A stretch of DNA of 62,585 nt, filler included, from Bipalium vagum (Eukaryota): NCBI GenBank assembly GCA_037834085.1. It is 3 parts of 3 records of this genome, joined end to end, with 100 filler letters (N's around TTAATTAATTAA, not from the genome) between each part and the next. Parts side by side here need not be neighbours in the genome. Positions count along the whole stretch, not along the records: positions 17,812 to 39,370 come from JBBMKC010235705.1; 2 more parts are not named here. One strand, given 5' to 3'. The position numbers were made by a program, and so were the translations under genes. Each line of letters starts with the position of its first letter. Positions within the stretch are counted from its first letter, which is position 1. This document shows positions 26,201 through 39,470 of this stretch, piece after piece. The notes under the pieces are model-generated. The model was not told the DNA's origin, did no database searches, and worked only from the letters and a program-made list of their open reading frames with translations.

Positions 26201-28377
26201 TCTAAATACCACTAGGTACATAAACCATTTAAAATTGATAGAGAAGTGTCACAAGACAAGTGGGTTTCATATGAATTGAACGAAAATCAGAAAAATGTCG
26301 CTTTGAAGTTGCTACTTTGCTTATTTTACGAAACAATGATTCTTTTTTCGACTCTATTATGATGTGCGATGTAAACTAGGTACTGTAAGACAGCCGATGG
26401 TGGACATCTCACTCATTGGACCTCACAATATTTTCCAAAACTAAAGATACATTAAAAAGATGATGGTGACTGTTTAGTGGTCTGTTTCCAGACGAATTTA
26501 TTACAATTTTCTATATCTGGACAAAACAGTTATGGTAGAGTATATCATTGCATAACCAGACATCTTGGTCATCCAGAGATATTCAAGAAGTATTATTTTG
26601 CAGTAATATAGTTTTTGGTTCTAAGAAAAAGATTTTTTCTTACTGAAATATAAGTTTTACTGCATTTGTGATTCGCATATCGTCAGAGATGCTGATTTTT
26701 TTGAATATTGAGAAATTTATTACAAAAGTGACAGTTATTTTTAGAGGCCAATATTTTGTTTTTTATTGGATACATTTAGATTCATTATAAAATATATCTC
26801 GAATTTCAGATGCACTAGGAACAATCTAAAACAAGCATGTCAACTCAAAGTCCCACGAGGCTCATAGAAATCAGTTTGTGGTATCACTGGCGCCGCACTT
26901 CTACAATATATTTAAAGTCGTTAATTAAAAGTTATTACAGGGTCTCATGTTTGACATGCCTGATCTAAAATATTTTTATTAGGAAAAAATACCTTAATTT
27001 AATTATTTTAAAAATTTTATCAATCATAAGTTTTATTTAATCATTTCAATCAATCATTATTTGCACCACCTATATAGGATGATATTCCTAATTTTTGTTT
27101 CAATAAGTCAAAAATATATACCACAATAAATCAATTTTCAAAATCACAGAAGGAAAATTGGTTGAACTTCGATGTATCTGCAGATCTTTTGTCAAGGTTA
27201 ATTTAATGCTTCTTATGTTATACATTTTTAGAATGCAGACTTACATTGATTTTTTTCATTAGAGGAACGTTTTAAGGGAACGCAGCCACCTTAATAACGA
27301 TCACTAAATTTAATTTAATTGTCATAATATATAAAAAGTAATGCTAAAAACTAATATTACTTTGAGATTAAATTAATCGTTTAAAACAAAAACAAAATAC
27401 TGCAGCTATATGGAATAAAATCCAGAAAACCAAACGAATAAACTTTTTCTCAAGGACATCTTACTCTGTTTTAAACTTAAATATAAATAAGTAATAAAAA
27501 TTCTATTAAAATTATTTTCTAATTTATAAAATGCCAAATTTATTGTTTTTGATTATTTAACATTTCAGCACAAACTTCTTTGGTAAATATTGCTACAATT
27601 AATCTGTCAATCACATGACTAATACAGAATCTACAATTTCAGACATTATAGAAAATATTCAGAATTCTTGGTTCATAAAAGGCTTTAAATAGTGTTTCGC
27701 AGTTTAGAGTCAACCAGAACTCTCACCAAAAAATGGAAATAATGAAGATGGAGATTTTTATTGAAAATTGTAAGAGATGTTTTATCAAAATCAATTCTCC
27801 TATTTTAACCACAAAGCATAATCATCAATGATCCAGTTTTTGAGTAATTATTAAAAATTTCAACTTTATATAATATATACAGTGCGACACAAAAATTTTC
27901 CCGCACTTAGAAGTAACTAAAAATTATTAGTTCAGAGCACAATAAATTTTATCTTCAATTTAAACAAGTCTCTGTTTTTTGTGTTGCGGCTTCAGTTTCG
28001 GTTTTAGTTTGAAACAGATCTAATAGTTTGTTTTGAAACATTAAAAATATTTCTTATTGTCTTAATTTTTAATTCGAGTAATAATTCTTTTATAAATACT
28101 CACTGAGAATTATTTCTTGAACAGTAAATACAACAGTAACAAAAAATATAAATATGATGATGGACTCACTTTTCTGTTATACTGGTTCCGTAAAACAGTT
28201 GCATTACACCCCAAGCCATAATTATTAAAAGTCCGGACAATTCTCGTCCTTCTTCAAGAGATAATAAATTAGTATTTTCGTGAATTAAAGCCTTAGAATT
28301 AATTATAATAAGGTACATTGCAAAACCAAAGATAATTGCAATATAAAGACACATGGTAATGATGAACACTTGATTTC
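23231..28377 (-). CDS. Fragments of a multi-pass membrane protein gene (candidate exons 28377-28170, 24350-24083, ~23381-23231)
   Basis: Exon 28377-28170 (cag/gtgagt) encodes two hydrophobic helices and joins in phase 2 to 24350-24083 (...TEK|KKKILNTATIVIF...NSIRASGLSLFLTIDIDRLSITLIIK). The last exon's hydrophobic frame is not in phase with the preceding exon, and the 5' exons were not found. Confidence 0.4.
25219..26023 (-). mobile_element. Tc3/rosa-like Tc1-mariner element, internally deleted
   Basis: TA-flanked TIRs sharing gtatcagattttaaa; FEQDGPPAR, WIGR, NWAVRSTGFSLMDFFLFKYLKTQVY (WPPRSPDLTPLDFFLWGYLK-like). Confidence 0.85.
26170..26753 (+). mobile_element. mariner remnant
   Basis: KWVSYELNENQK (WVPHEL), LRNNDSFFDSIMMCD, KMMVTV*WS; right-TIR-like end at ~26730-26753. 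Confidence 0.75.
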
Positions 28378-28962
28378 CTGCAATATAATATTGTAAAGGA
28401 CATCAAAAATAAATTATTATGTATAAGAAAATATATTAAAACATCGAAAATAGTACAGTGTCGAGAAATATTAAATTGATATAAACGTCAAATCTTAACT
28501 TAATAGGAATTTAAATTTATAATAGTAGTAATAATAATATTAATATTATTTTTATTATTATTAAACTATTTTCTAATATTCCACATTACTATTAATTGTG
28601 ATATTATATGCATCAAATTTCAAAATCGCAGAAGGAAAATAAATGAACCACTTTTTCTCAAGGATATCTTACTCCTTATTATAATTAATATATAAATTCT
28701 TGTGACATTATTTTCTAATTTATAAAATACCGAATTTATCCTGACTATTTATCATTTATTAAAAATTATATATTTTATATGAAAATATTTGAGTCGCGAT
28801 AATGATTAACTTTGACAGTTAGGTAATAGTTATACAATTAATAATAATATTTCAACAATAATTAAAACAAAATTTCAGTCATAATTAAATATTTGTTTGA
28901 TTTATATTGAAATGTTAAAATCTGTTTTAAAAATTATGGTATCAAATGATTATTTTTGTAAT

Positions 28963-29700
28963 ACTGTCGACTTCGATTACAATGGATTGATTGGCGTAGG
29001 ATTTTAATCTGTTGTGAGCACGTATCCGGTGCAACAAATTTTTCATACCTATCACAATTTATCATTGAAGCATGTTAATGATTGTAAGAGCATCATGATT
29101 GCCTTTTTCTACCTAAAACTCAAGTAATAATTATATCACAAAAATTACGAAGAAAACTAATCTACTAATCAACTCAACAAGCATGATGTTGTAGACTATA
29201 GTAAACTATGTTAATAAAGTTTATTCTAACGAAATTTGGGAAAACTGTGATTTGAGTTTGCTGCACATCAACTGGAACTTATTATCAAGAATTTGGAATT
29301 GTTCAATTTCCTCAATATTTTTTTTCATTATGTTACCATCTGATGTATATGATAAAAATATTAGTTAACATTTTCATATTCTATGGAGAACATTCAGCAA
29401 TTATCAAGTACCAAGATAACCTTTCTTTTCTGGTTTTTGAAAAATCAATCGAGTCGTAGTATGACATTCATATAGAGAATGAACGTCAACCCGTGTTTTG
29501 AATTGTTGAAATAAGAAACAGGAAATTGGTGGATATGGTTTGGCCCGATGTCTTTTATATTTGCCGATCATCATAAAAGGATTCTATATAGCTTTGGAAT
29601 CAGTTATAAAATATTTCAAAGGAATGCTGATAATTTTCTTAAGTAATATATACCAGAACTTCGGCTACCGTATATGGACATGCTAAATATTGTTTTTAAA
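28963..29700 (-). mobile_element. Tigger/pogo DDE remnant
   Basis: PFMMIGKYKRHR and YFNNSKHGLT...RLD*FFKNQKRKVILVLDNC; terminal-like ta-ctgtcgacttcg at ~28961. Confidence 0.7.
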
Positions 29701-30048
29701 CAAATTTAAGCTTTTCGTATTACAAAAAATCACACAATCCCAAATAGAGGGAATGCTCAAACACCGTTCATGAAAATTTTTAAAAAATATCTACATAACA
29801 CGCTTAGGACATTCGATACATTTTTGTGAACCATGGTTAATATCATAATCTTGTGACCAGCATTATTTTTTCAAATAAAAATGGTTATTTATTTAGCTTC
29901 AGTTATTATCTTCATCTTATTATAGGTCTAATACAAGTTTCAAGCGCTCATCATTTCTGAAATTATATTTTATTTCCATTAATAAATGAAATTTGCACAA
30001 GACGTCAGTATATCTTGTTTAACAGCGGTTAATCTTGATCTGTACATA

Positions 30049-30944
30049 CAGAGCTTGTAACCACATTTTGAAAAATTATAAATCATTTTTGAAAGAAAAT
30101 AAAATTTGACATAACATTAATCATCAACAATATGCGCGCTATTGATACATTTTGAAATGAATCCAAACATATGGCGGTAATCCGCGGATATCAGATTATG
30201 AACATTATTAATCAAGCAAAACAACTCATCTTCATTTGAAGGTTGAGTTTGTCTGATAGATTGCTTCCATTTTGAGAGAATATTTTCTGTTGGATTGCAA
30301 AATGGCGAATATGGTGCAGGAAATAGAACTTTAAGTCCATTTTCCTCAATAGTTTCTAGAATTATGCTTGATTTTGGAAAGGTACATTATCCATAATTAT
30401 TACAAAGGCCTATAGCCCAAACTTTCAATGTCTAAAATCAAATTATCTACGAATGATTTAAAACTCATTGTATTATTAGGAAAAGTTTGAGCATGATACT
30501 TGAATATTGTATTTTTGTTCATGATGTAACACACTGAAATGTTTCGTGTTACCCTTTGGGAAACATTTTGAACCGCCCTTGTACCACGCATCGATCTTCC
30601 ATGCCTTGATCGAAATGCATTATTAAACCCGACTTCACCAACACAAAATGAATTTAAAATAAATAAATATGTTTGGACATATTTTTATCTAGCACCTAAA
30701 GCATTTTCGTCAATTCTTTTGGATGGTATAAGAGAAATCCTTTTAAATGAATATTGAAATCTATCGATAAAATAATCTATCGCTTTAGTACTTATGGTTA
30801 CATTAAAATATTCCTTTCTTAATGATTCTAAAGAAAGTCTGGTAACAAATAATAAAACATTAAACATTTAAGCAAATTTTCAAAATTGACTTACAAATAT
30901 TCAAATGTTAGTTACAAATTTTCAAAATCTGGTTACAAACCCTG
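30049..30944 (-). mobile_element. IS630/Tc1-like DDE element, internally deleted
   Basis: TIRs cagagcttgtaaccacattttgaaaa / ttttcaaaatctggttacaaaccctg; three ~21-nt subterminal repeats at 30870-30940; IMDNVPF, VLFPAPYSPFCNPTENILSKWK. Confidence 0.85.
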
Positions 30945-31185
30945 GATTACGTAAGATTACAGTTTAAAAATTAGTTGATAATGATATACCAGGGAGTATA
31001 TTTTTAAACAGTTTTCCTAAAGTTTTGAGTAAATTACGAATGTTGGTGTGACCGCTGTGGTGTAACTTGTGGTAAGACATGAATAATACTAAAACTTACC
31101 GTCAACAAATATTGAGATTCCGGGATAGATTGTCTTCTATTTTTACTTATAAAACTACACCATAGTAAGAATATGAGCAAATATT

Positions 31186-32042
31186 AAAATAAATAATGCG
31201 GATTTTTTAAATAACCAAAGCATGGTAATTTAGAAACAAAAATAAAAATAATTTATTCAAAATAATGACTATTGTTATCCACACATTTCTTTCATCTTTC
31301 AATCAATTTATGGATGCCATTCCAAAAGAACTTTTCTGGTTTCGAGGCGAACCATCCAGAGACCCAATTTTAGACATATTCGTACGATTTGAAGTACTGC
31401 TCAGCAAGTCCATGTGCAATTTAACGGAAAAAGTGAAAATCGGAAGGAGCAAGATCTGGTGAATACGCCGGGTGGGTGAGTACTTCCAATTTCCTCTTTT
31501 AACATGCTTTTAACTGTTTTAAAAGTATGATGTGTTGCGTTGTCATGTAGAAGCATTACTTTGCTATGTTTATTGACTCATTCTGGAAGTGTAACTATTA
31601 AAGACTGGTTCAGCTGGGCTATTTGGTTTTGGTATCTCTCCGAATTACACTTTCATCTGGTTTGAGAAGCTCATGATACACCAAGCCTTGTTGATCTTAT
31701 CAGACGCAGAGCATTGTTTTCACTTCTGAAGCAGTGAAATCAATGCTAGCTTGTGTCCTGAGATAATACATATTTTCCATAAACATCACCCTGCAGCTTT
31801 CTGTGGCAGTTTTCATCATGAAGTAATGAATGAGAACTTCCCGCAAGTGTTTTTTTGCTTGGCTTAAATGTTAATATATTTAGATCTAAGAATTTTGAAA
31901 TTATTAACATATGAAAATTTAATGATTACCCTATTAATTAGATCTTATTCAAACAAATTGATTTATATTTCAATTCACAATTATATTTCGATATCTCACA
32001 AAATCTATTTTAAATAAATCCGCATTATTTATTTGTACCCCT
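31186..32042 (-). mobile_element. mauritiana-type (Mos1-like) mariner, deleted
   Basis: Inverted repeat aaataaataatgcggattt / aaatccgcattatttattt; EVLTHPAYSPDLAPSDFHFFR*IAHGLAEQYFKSYEYV*NWVSGWFASKPEKFFWNGIHKLIER*KKCVDNNSHYFE*. Confidence 0.9.
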
Positions 32043-33706
32043 AATTGTAATGTCTTATGTCTACTGTCGCATCTTTAAAATGGTGTTTTGTGTAAGAGAT
32101 TTTAAATAATAATAATAATAATATTTTTGATAACCCGGGTTTTATCGAATAATTTTATCTATTAGATATTATATAATTCACCTGGACTAATTAACTTGAA
32201 ATCTGACTAAAATAAAATTTGAAAGTAAACCGATAATCAGGAATTACTTCACAAAATATTTTGAGAAAAAGGTGGGTCTTTAAAGAGATATGCGTGACCA
32301 GTTTAAAGTTCTTAACGATGTTTTGAAATCATATCATGAATTCATTGTTATTGTTTATTATTATTATTACAAAAACGTGTACTAAATAAAAAATAAATTA
32401 CTATTACATTGCTTACATATCGATAATTACTATCATTTTCGATTTTTATCTTTTAATCAATTTGTTTAATAACCTTTTGTTCAAATTTATACAACATTGC
32501 TTGAGTGGTTAAGCATAATCAACATTAAACCTAAATGTAAACCAAAAATAAAAATAAGTTGATCAGTTTTAATTAAAGGTTATGTTGAAATTTTTAATCA
32601 TTTCCACAATAACACAACAAAAGTATTTATTTTATGTTCTTCAGCAGCAGGGTAACCATTGTTAAGAAAATAATGAATTATTAGCATTTTTGAATTTCGT
32701 AAAGGAATTCATTAACACCCTTCTGGTAAAGTTAGAATGATATTTATAAAGGATCAGTAAGAATCATTTTTAGAATTGCAAGTTTTATCAAAAGAAATGA
32801 GCATATTAATATAAAAAAAGATTTTAGATTTTTTTGGGTTTGGAAATTAAAATAAAAAGGATTGAGATGACAAAGGCCCATTTCGAGTGAAAGAAGTGAT
32901 TATAAAAATGATAATAATGATTAATAACATTAATAAAACCGATAAGGTCGAAATTAATAACCCTAGAAAGGGTATGGAGGAATAAATTATTCTTTTTAAT
33001 TTTCGGAACAAGTGACCTGATTGGTCGAATTAATGGAGAATCGTACTATATAATTAGATCAATGAATATTAAATATAAATATAAAATATAACATGTGAGA
33101 CTTAAAAAATTATCAAAGCTGAAAATAAATGGTATTAGGTTAGTGTTACTTTATAATAAAATATCAATAAACATAAATCATGATTTGACTCAATTTATGC
33201 CAACATTATTCATAAGAGATCATATTGATAAATTTAAAATATTCAATTGTGAACAATCACTATTCTTGCTTATAATATCATTGTTAAAAGCTATTGAGTA
33301 TTACTTTGTTATTCAAAAAAGGTTTTAAAAAAATAAGGGTTCTGAACCGATTTCGATTAAATTTCACTGGTTCAAAATTAAGAATTTTGATTTAATATTA
33401 CAACCATGGTCTTTATAACCAAATAAATTAACGGTATTACAAATATTTAAAATTAAAATAAAAAGTTTTTGTCGTGCGAAGAAATTCGAAAGTTGAACTA
33501 TAATTATTTTATTATTTTTATATAAAATTGATTTCACTTTTGATAAATGTAAAATATAGCACAGCCTTTTCACTTTCGGATAATCTTTGAAATAACAAAA
33601 GGAATAAAATCTGAGAATAACTCAAAATCGAGAAAGCAGAAGTTCACGAATTGTATGATTTTTTAAAATATTAAATAATAAGTAAATATTTATTTACTTA
33701 TATTTA

Positions 33707-34600
33707 GCTGGTGGACAAAGTATTGGAAACACTTAATAATAGTGCTAATGAAACATATTTTTCATATATAAAATAATTGAAAACACTTGGAACACGTAAC
33801 ATTTTTATCAATAAGAAGTTTTACTACCAATCGTAAATAAAACAGATTTTACTTGTCTTCGGATAGATTCTTTTAAGTGTTGAATAGCATGAAGTAAAAT
33901 AATCCTCACTTCTCTGTTTATTATATATAATAGTTGTTCAAGAAACATGAAAGGAGAAAATCTTTTTCCAATCCTGTTTCTATAAAGGATCACAATGGTT
34001 CTATGATATTCAGATCCGATGATTTTGAAGGCCAATGGAAATGGTCTTCAAATCAATCGTTATTACGTTTGGCTTTATAGATGAAAGAATTGCAATATTT
34101 CAATTTCTTACAGGAAGAACATTCTTGTTTAAGATGTCCAAATAAATCTAGTAACAAAGACTTTCAGGGTAAATTTAGGTCTATTAGAATACCAATGTAT
34201 TGCAGCTCAGATAATCACAGCTACACATCTAGGGTTGATAGTTGGAAAGACACAATAAGTTTTTTTTGGTCTTTTCCAAACAAAAAGACGCTTGGCAATA
34301 AAAAAATAAAGTAAAAGAAGACTCATCTGACTAAATGATGTGCTTCCAGTAATTTTGACTACGTATAATATAATCAGAACACCATTGTTTACACATTTCA
34401 CACAAGAATCAAAAAGCGGTAGAGGTTTACGTATTGCAATGCGACCATAGATTCTGGACTTGTGAAGCTCTGGTATAACTGACTTTTGAGGAAACAGAAA
34501 TATTTAAATGATATCGAGTTCAACTGTCACTTTGGCTGCAGTTTTATGAATTTTCACAAAAATCCACTTCACAGTTCATAAATATCTTATTTAGTAAACA
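33707..34600 (-). mobile_element. Tc1 (DD34E) remnant
   Basis: TIR-like gctggtggacaaagtattggaaacac; LHKSRIYGRIAIRKPL, SDESSFTLF, WPSKSSDLNIIEPL*. Confidence 0.85.
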
Positions 34601-34699
34601 TTTGTGATCACTGGACAACAATCGTGCACCACTTCCGTCACATACTGCAATTATATTTTAATCAAGGTCAGAAAAATGGAGAAGCATTCAATGAAATTT

Positions 34700-35955
34700 A
34701 TAATATGTGTAGAAAGTATATTATGTTCTAAACAAATGCAAAATATTAGTACAAAAAATTCGGAAATGTCGCATTTAACCTTCATGACACTTCACATACC
34801 AGTTTGCTATTTGATTTCGATAATGACCAATGGATTAGTGAAAGATGACGGTTGCAAAACATGAAGAATTAAGATCAATCCAATGACAGTCTTCCCTAAG
34901 CTAAAATCGAATGGGTACAATAAAAATTAGGTGCTTGTGGCTGAACAAAAAAATCAAAGAAATTTGTTCAAAAATTGCATCTTAACACACGGCCACAAAG
35001 AATGGTTTCTACATCAAATAACTCGAGAGATGAAAAATGGTTTTTATGTACAAAATTGAAACACAAGAACTCATAGAATTAAACAAGATTTACATCTCAA
35101 GAAAATTATGATCTTTTTTGTGGAATTGGCCGAATCGGATTCCAGATAAACCGCAACAGAAAGGGAGGTTAATCTCCACTATGGTGAGTAGACCGTCCGC
35201 GATCATCTGCACCTTATTGGGAAAGCATATAGAGCTAGAATATAGATTCCACACTCTATCAAATGGGCAGAAGTCTATGAGGATTCTGATTTCAAACGCA
35301 AATCTAATATTACATATCAAAGAACCATTATTTGAAGAAAATTTTCAGTTCAGATGAAAACTTGATTCTATATGAGAACCCCAATAGTCATTGTCAATAG
35401 CTTTCTATGGTGCAGACTTCAATTCCAACTGCAATTTGTTGTGTGTATGGTGAGACTGGTATATTGAGAGACGCTTGATTATGGGTAAGCTGCTGATTCA
35501 AACTGCTACTGTCAACATATTTGACTGATGCAATTTTGCAAATTCTCCAAGATTTAGTTATTAGAAAAAGTGTTAATCTTCTTTACAATAACACTAGGCC
35601 ACACACCTCCCAAGTTATTCAACAAAAGGTCCGTGAATTTGGCTATGAAGTGCTGACTCACCAGCTTATATTCATGACATCTGGCCATCAGATTATTATC
35701 TTTTCTACTTTTCCAGCACTTCCTTAAAGGTAAAAGGTTTTTTAACAATAATGAGGCAAAATCTAGCTTACAATCTTTTTTTGATGAAAGAGTGATAAGT
35801 GTTTTGCTGAGAGTATCCAGTCTTTGATGGAAAGACGGCAGATGATTGTCGATAATGTTGGTGAATACATAATTGATTGATATTAATTTTTATTAAATAC
35901 ATGTTATTTTAAAATTTTGCTTTTTGATTTCCAGTTTCTTTTCGGAACATCTAAT
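34700..35955 (+). mobile_element. Two adjacent mariner remnants
   Basis: First piece FLHQIT/RDEKW (~35005-35040). Second piece LLYNNTRPHTSQVIQQKVREFGYEVLTH and SIQSLMERRQMIVDNVGEYIID*, with right TIR tttcttttcggaacatctaa-ta. Confidence 0.8.
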
Positions 35956-36035
35956 AAAATGTTTTCTTTGTTGTTGTAGAACTATTTTGAATATGAAATG
36001 CATCTGAGATATTTGTCTTTTTGTAATTTTATTTA

Positions 36036-36286
36036 CTGTAAAATCCCGAGTATAACCTGTAGCTAACATTTTTGAATTGCAGCTAATATGATGTGCAGCT
36101 TATACAGCTAAAAAACAATTCAAATCGAAGATACGATTATTTATGTCAATTTTCAACATCAAACTCCTCAAAACCATCACACTTTTCATCAATACGTGCT
36201 GCAGTTTATACGACCAAAAAAATACATTTTTATAAAATGTTATCTGCAGCTAATACGCGCTGCAGCTTATACTCGGGATTTTACAG
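36036..36286. mobile_element. 251-bp MITE (pogo/Tigger-type), TA TSD
   Basis: Perfect 20-bp TIR ctgtaaaatcccgagtataa / ttatactcgggattttacag, TA on both sides; internal tgcagctwata repeats. Confidence 0.93.
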
Positions 36287-36599
36287 TAGTATTGAAATAA
36301 ATAATTTTTGGACAGTTAGGTCTTAGGTTCATTTAAAAATCAATATTTCACAATTTTAGAAAATTAATGATATAAATTCAATTTTTATATATCTCAAAAT
36401 ATAAAAAGGTAAACAAAATATTTTTAAGATTTCAAAATTAGGATTTTGAATAATCCCTTTTATAATTTAATTGACAGAATCGGTCAGGGCAGATTAATTT
36501 ATGATTTCAGAAAGTTAATTATTTAATAAGTTGAAGGAAGATATTATATAAATGGTTAAATAATTTTTTAGTTTTATTTTTAATCAAAGTTTGTGTAAG

Positions 36600-37300
36600 A
36601 GATAATATTGTTATTTGATCTCTCAAAAATGAGGTCAACAAAAGCTAAGTTCTTGGATTGTTATATACCTTTATAAGTTCAGTGAGTTCACAGAATCTAG
36701 GGAGGGAGATGTGAAAATCAACAGAACATTGAAGTTAAGTATATCAATAAATCATCTGTTTTCATATGAAATATTAAATAGGTTCCCTATGAATTGATTC
36801 AGATACCTAGAAATCGACGATTACAATTGACATCTTCTTTGCTTATGACTTATACAAGTTATAAGGCACCAATGAGCCAGAATTTATTGAAGTGCATTAA
36901 GACTTGCGCTGAAAATGGATACTTTATGATAATTGCACATGAAAGGTAATAACTGAGTAAATTTGGGGTTTCCAGACTTGTAGAAATACAGTAAGCACTA
37001 CGTTAAACAAAATTTTTTAGTCAGTAGTCATAAATCTATTCTGGTACATCAGAAACCTAGACCACATATTGCACAAATGACTAATAAAATCAAAGAATTG
37101 TGGATACTAAGTTCTTGATTAACCATTATATTCACCTAGCTTGTCATTTACCGATTTTCATCTTCTGATAAAGCAGACCAATTTTATGAGAAATCAGCGA
37201 TACAATAACTGACCCTTTGTTATATTGGTCTTCCACGACTAACTGGCAAGTAATAGATTTATAAAAAAAGAATATTTAACAGATCGTTCCATAAGTCTAT
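36600..37300 (+). mobile_element. Highly decayed mariner remnant
   Basis: PRPHIAQMT and PLYSPSLSFTDFHL (PPYSPDLAPSDYHL-like). Confidence 0.6.
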
Positions 37301-39370
37301 AGTTTTTCAGTGACTATTACTTAATGTTGTTTTTCTACACCTAGTTTATTTAATTATATGCCAATTATTTAAAATTAAATTTAATGAAATTATAATACTC
37401 ATATCCATTTATTTTTTATATAAATTTAATTAATTACTTATTTATTTAGTATTACTTTTCGTAATGGCCTTTACAGAAGAAATGATAAGAACATACATGC
37501 CATATGATTTTAAATGATAAAAATGATTTTCAATAGCTCACCTAACCGTATGCAGCAGATAATTGATTCAAATTAAGATTATTTCATAGAATATAAATGT
37601 TTGTTGTTTGTTCATAATGCAGTTCAATTTTCCGATCTCTGGTCGGATATTCTATATAAAAACGCCTAATATAATATGAAAGACCAGAGTTAACTACTTT
37701 GAGAATGACAGTCTCTTGTAAGACTAAAAAATTAGAAGCAATAAAAAAATCAAAATGCAGTCAATGTTAAAAATTATGTATACTAAATCCAAAATTTGTA
37801 AAAAAAGCCACCCTTTTGGTTATTAAAAGATTTTGATTCAACCAAGACGAAATCATAATATACTTCAGAGAAAAATGTATATACAATCTGCTTTATTAAC
37901 ATTATTTTATGCGATTTGATTGAGGACTAAGTCTCGTAAACAAACGGTATTAAGCATTTTACTAATTGAATTCGGGATTATCACTTCATATAAATAAGTT
38001 ATTCTATTAAATATAAAAAAAATCATTCTTTATTTAGAATATAATTGAGTAAATATATTTTTTAATATATATATACTTTTATGTATTTATGAGATGTGAG
38101 AACATTTATGAATTACAACATTTGTGATATGTAGTAGAGGCATTAATGGGAAAGTTATGAGTGATGAATAAATACTGTTTTATTTATTAAAAATATTTCA
38201 TCAAAAAAGAAAATCATCTTATAATACTGTAATTATTATTAATTACTGTTAAAAGTTAGGATGAAATTGGCCTTTCAGATCGTTATACAGGCTAAACCAT
38301 ATATGGAAAAAATTCGAAATCATGGAATTTTGCAGTGATCCGTACAAGTATTGTTTAAAAAAATCTTGGTGAGTTGATTTCATTATTTCTGGTAGAGTCT
38401 AAGTACTTTTAGCGCATTTATTATTCTAAATTAGCAAGAAACAAAATCAATGCAGATTAGCCTGAAACCCTCACAGGTATTTTTTTATTTTGAAGTCTTC
38501 ATTATTTTCTCAGTTGATAATTTTCCTATTATTTAATTTTGATACCAAATTATTTTTCAAAAAGATTGTATACCTGATGAACAGAAGCATACCTTTTATT
38601 TATTTATTTTCTCCACTATAACCATGTAATGTTTAGAGTTTAATAGCAATATATGACGTGATTTGTAGAAAAATACGAAAAGAAATATTATTCATAATGA
38701 ATTTCAGTTTTTCTAGACAAATTTGTTAATTAATTATTAATCTAAAGTATAAAATGGGCTTCATATGATTTTTTTAATTCGAAAAATTCGTTTGTCTAAC
38801 ACAACAATGAAAACACTTAAATCAGCATTATCTCTGGTACTTTGGGACAATAAATCTGGACCCGTGGCATAAAGCCGTCAATTGTGACAAATCACGAATG
38901 ATATTAGATGGAGTATTCTCATTAAAATGGATTCTCGGGGATATGCGTTCACAAAAGGCTTTTCTTACTTTTATCAGTATAAATGAGATATTTCGCAACC
39001 TAGAGTACTCTGTGAATATAGAGAGAAACGGTAAAGAAAATTTCTTTTGAAAATGATGTTGAGAGTAATAATTTTTTATGCTGAACCTTTATTTGATTTT
39101 ACACTTTTTAGAACACTAACATTTGGAATTAAGTGCATCCTACTTTTATAACTATCAGTAATAAATAAATTAGCTCATTTCAATTTTACTAAACAATACA
39201 GGATTTCCCGAAATGTTTAATCCTCCTTCTCTGTTAATATCAATTGGCTTGTAGTCAGAATTAGAAGACATTTTTTGAATATTTTATTAAGTCATATAAC
39301 AAATAATATTTTAAAAAATTTTCTCAGACCTGGAAATTTCTTTTTTTATTAAATTTTAAAAATAATTTTA

Positions 39371-39470
39371 NNNNNNNNNNNNNNNNNNNNNNNNNNNNNN
39401 NNNNNNNNNNNNNNTTAATTAATTAANNNNNNNNNNNNNNNNNNNNNNNNNNNNNNNNNNNNNNNNNNNN
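39371..39470. other. Artificial scaffold spacer N44-TTAATTAATTAA-N44
   Basis: Same construct as 17712-17811; abuts an (ATT)n tract at 39471-39560. Confidence 0.95.

Noticed and set aside
38969-38999. 31-nt minus-strand segment with AG/GT borders
   Set aside because: Cannot be linked to any gene; no recognisable peptide.
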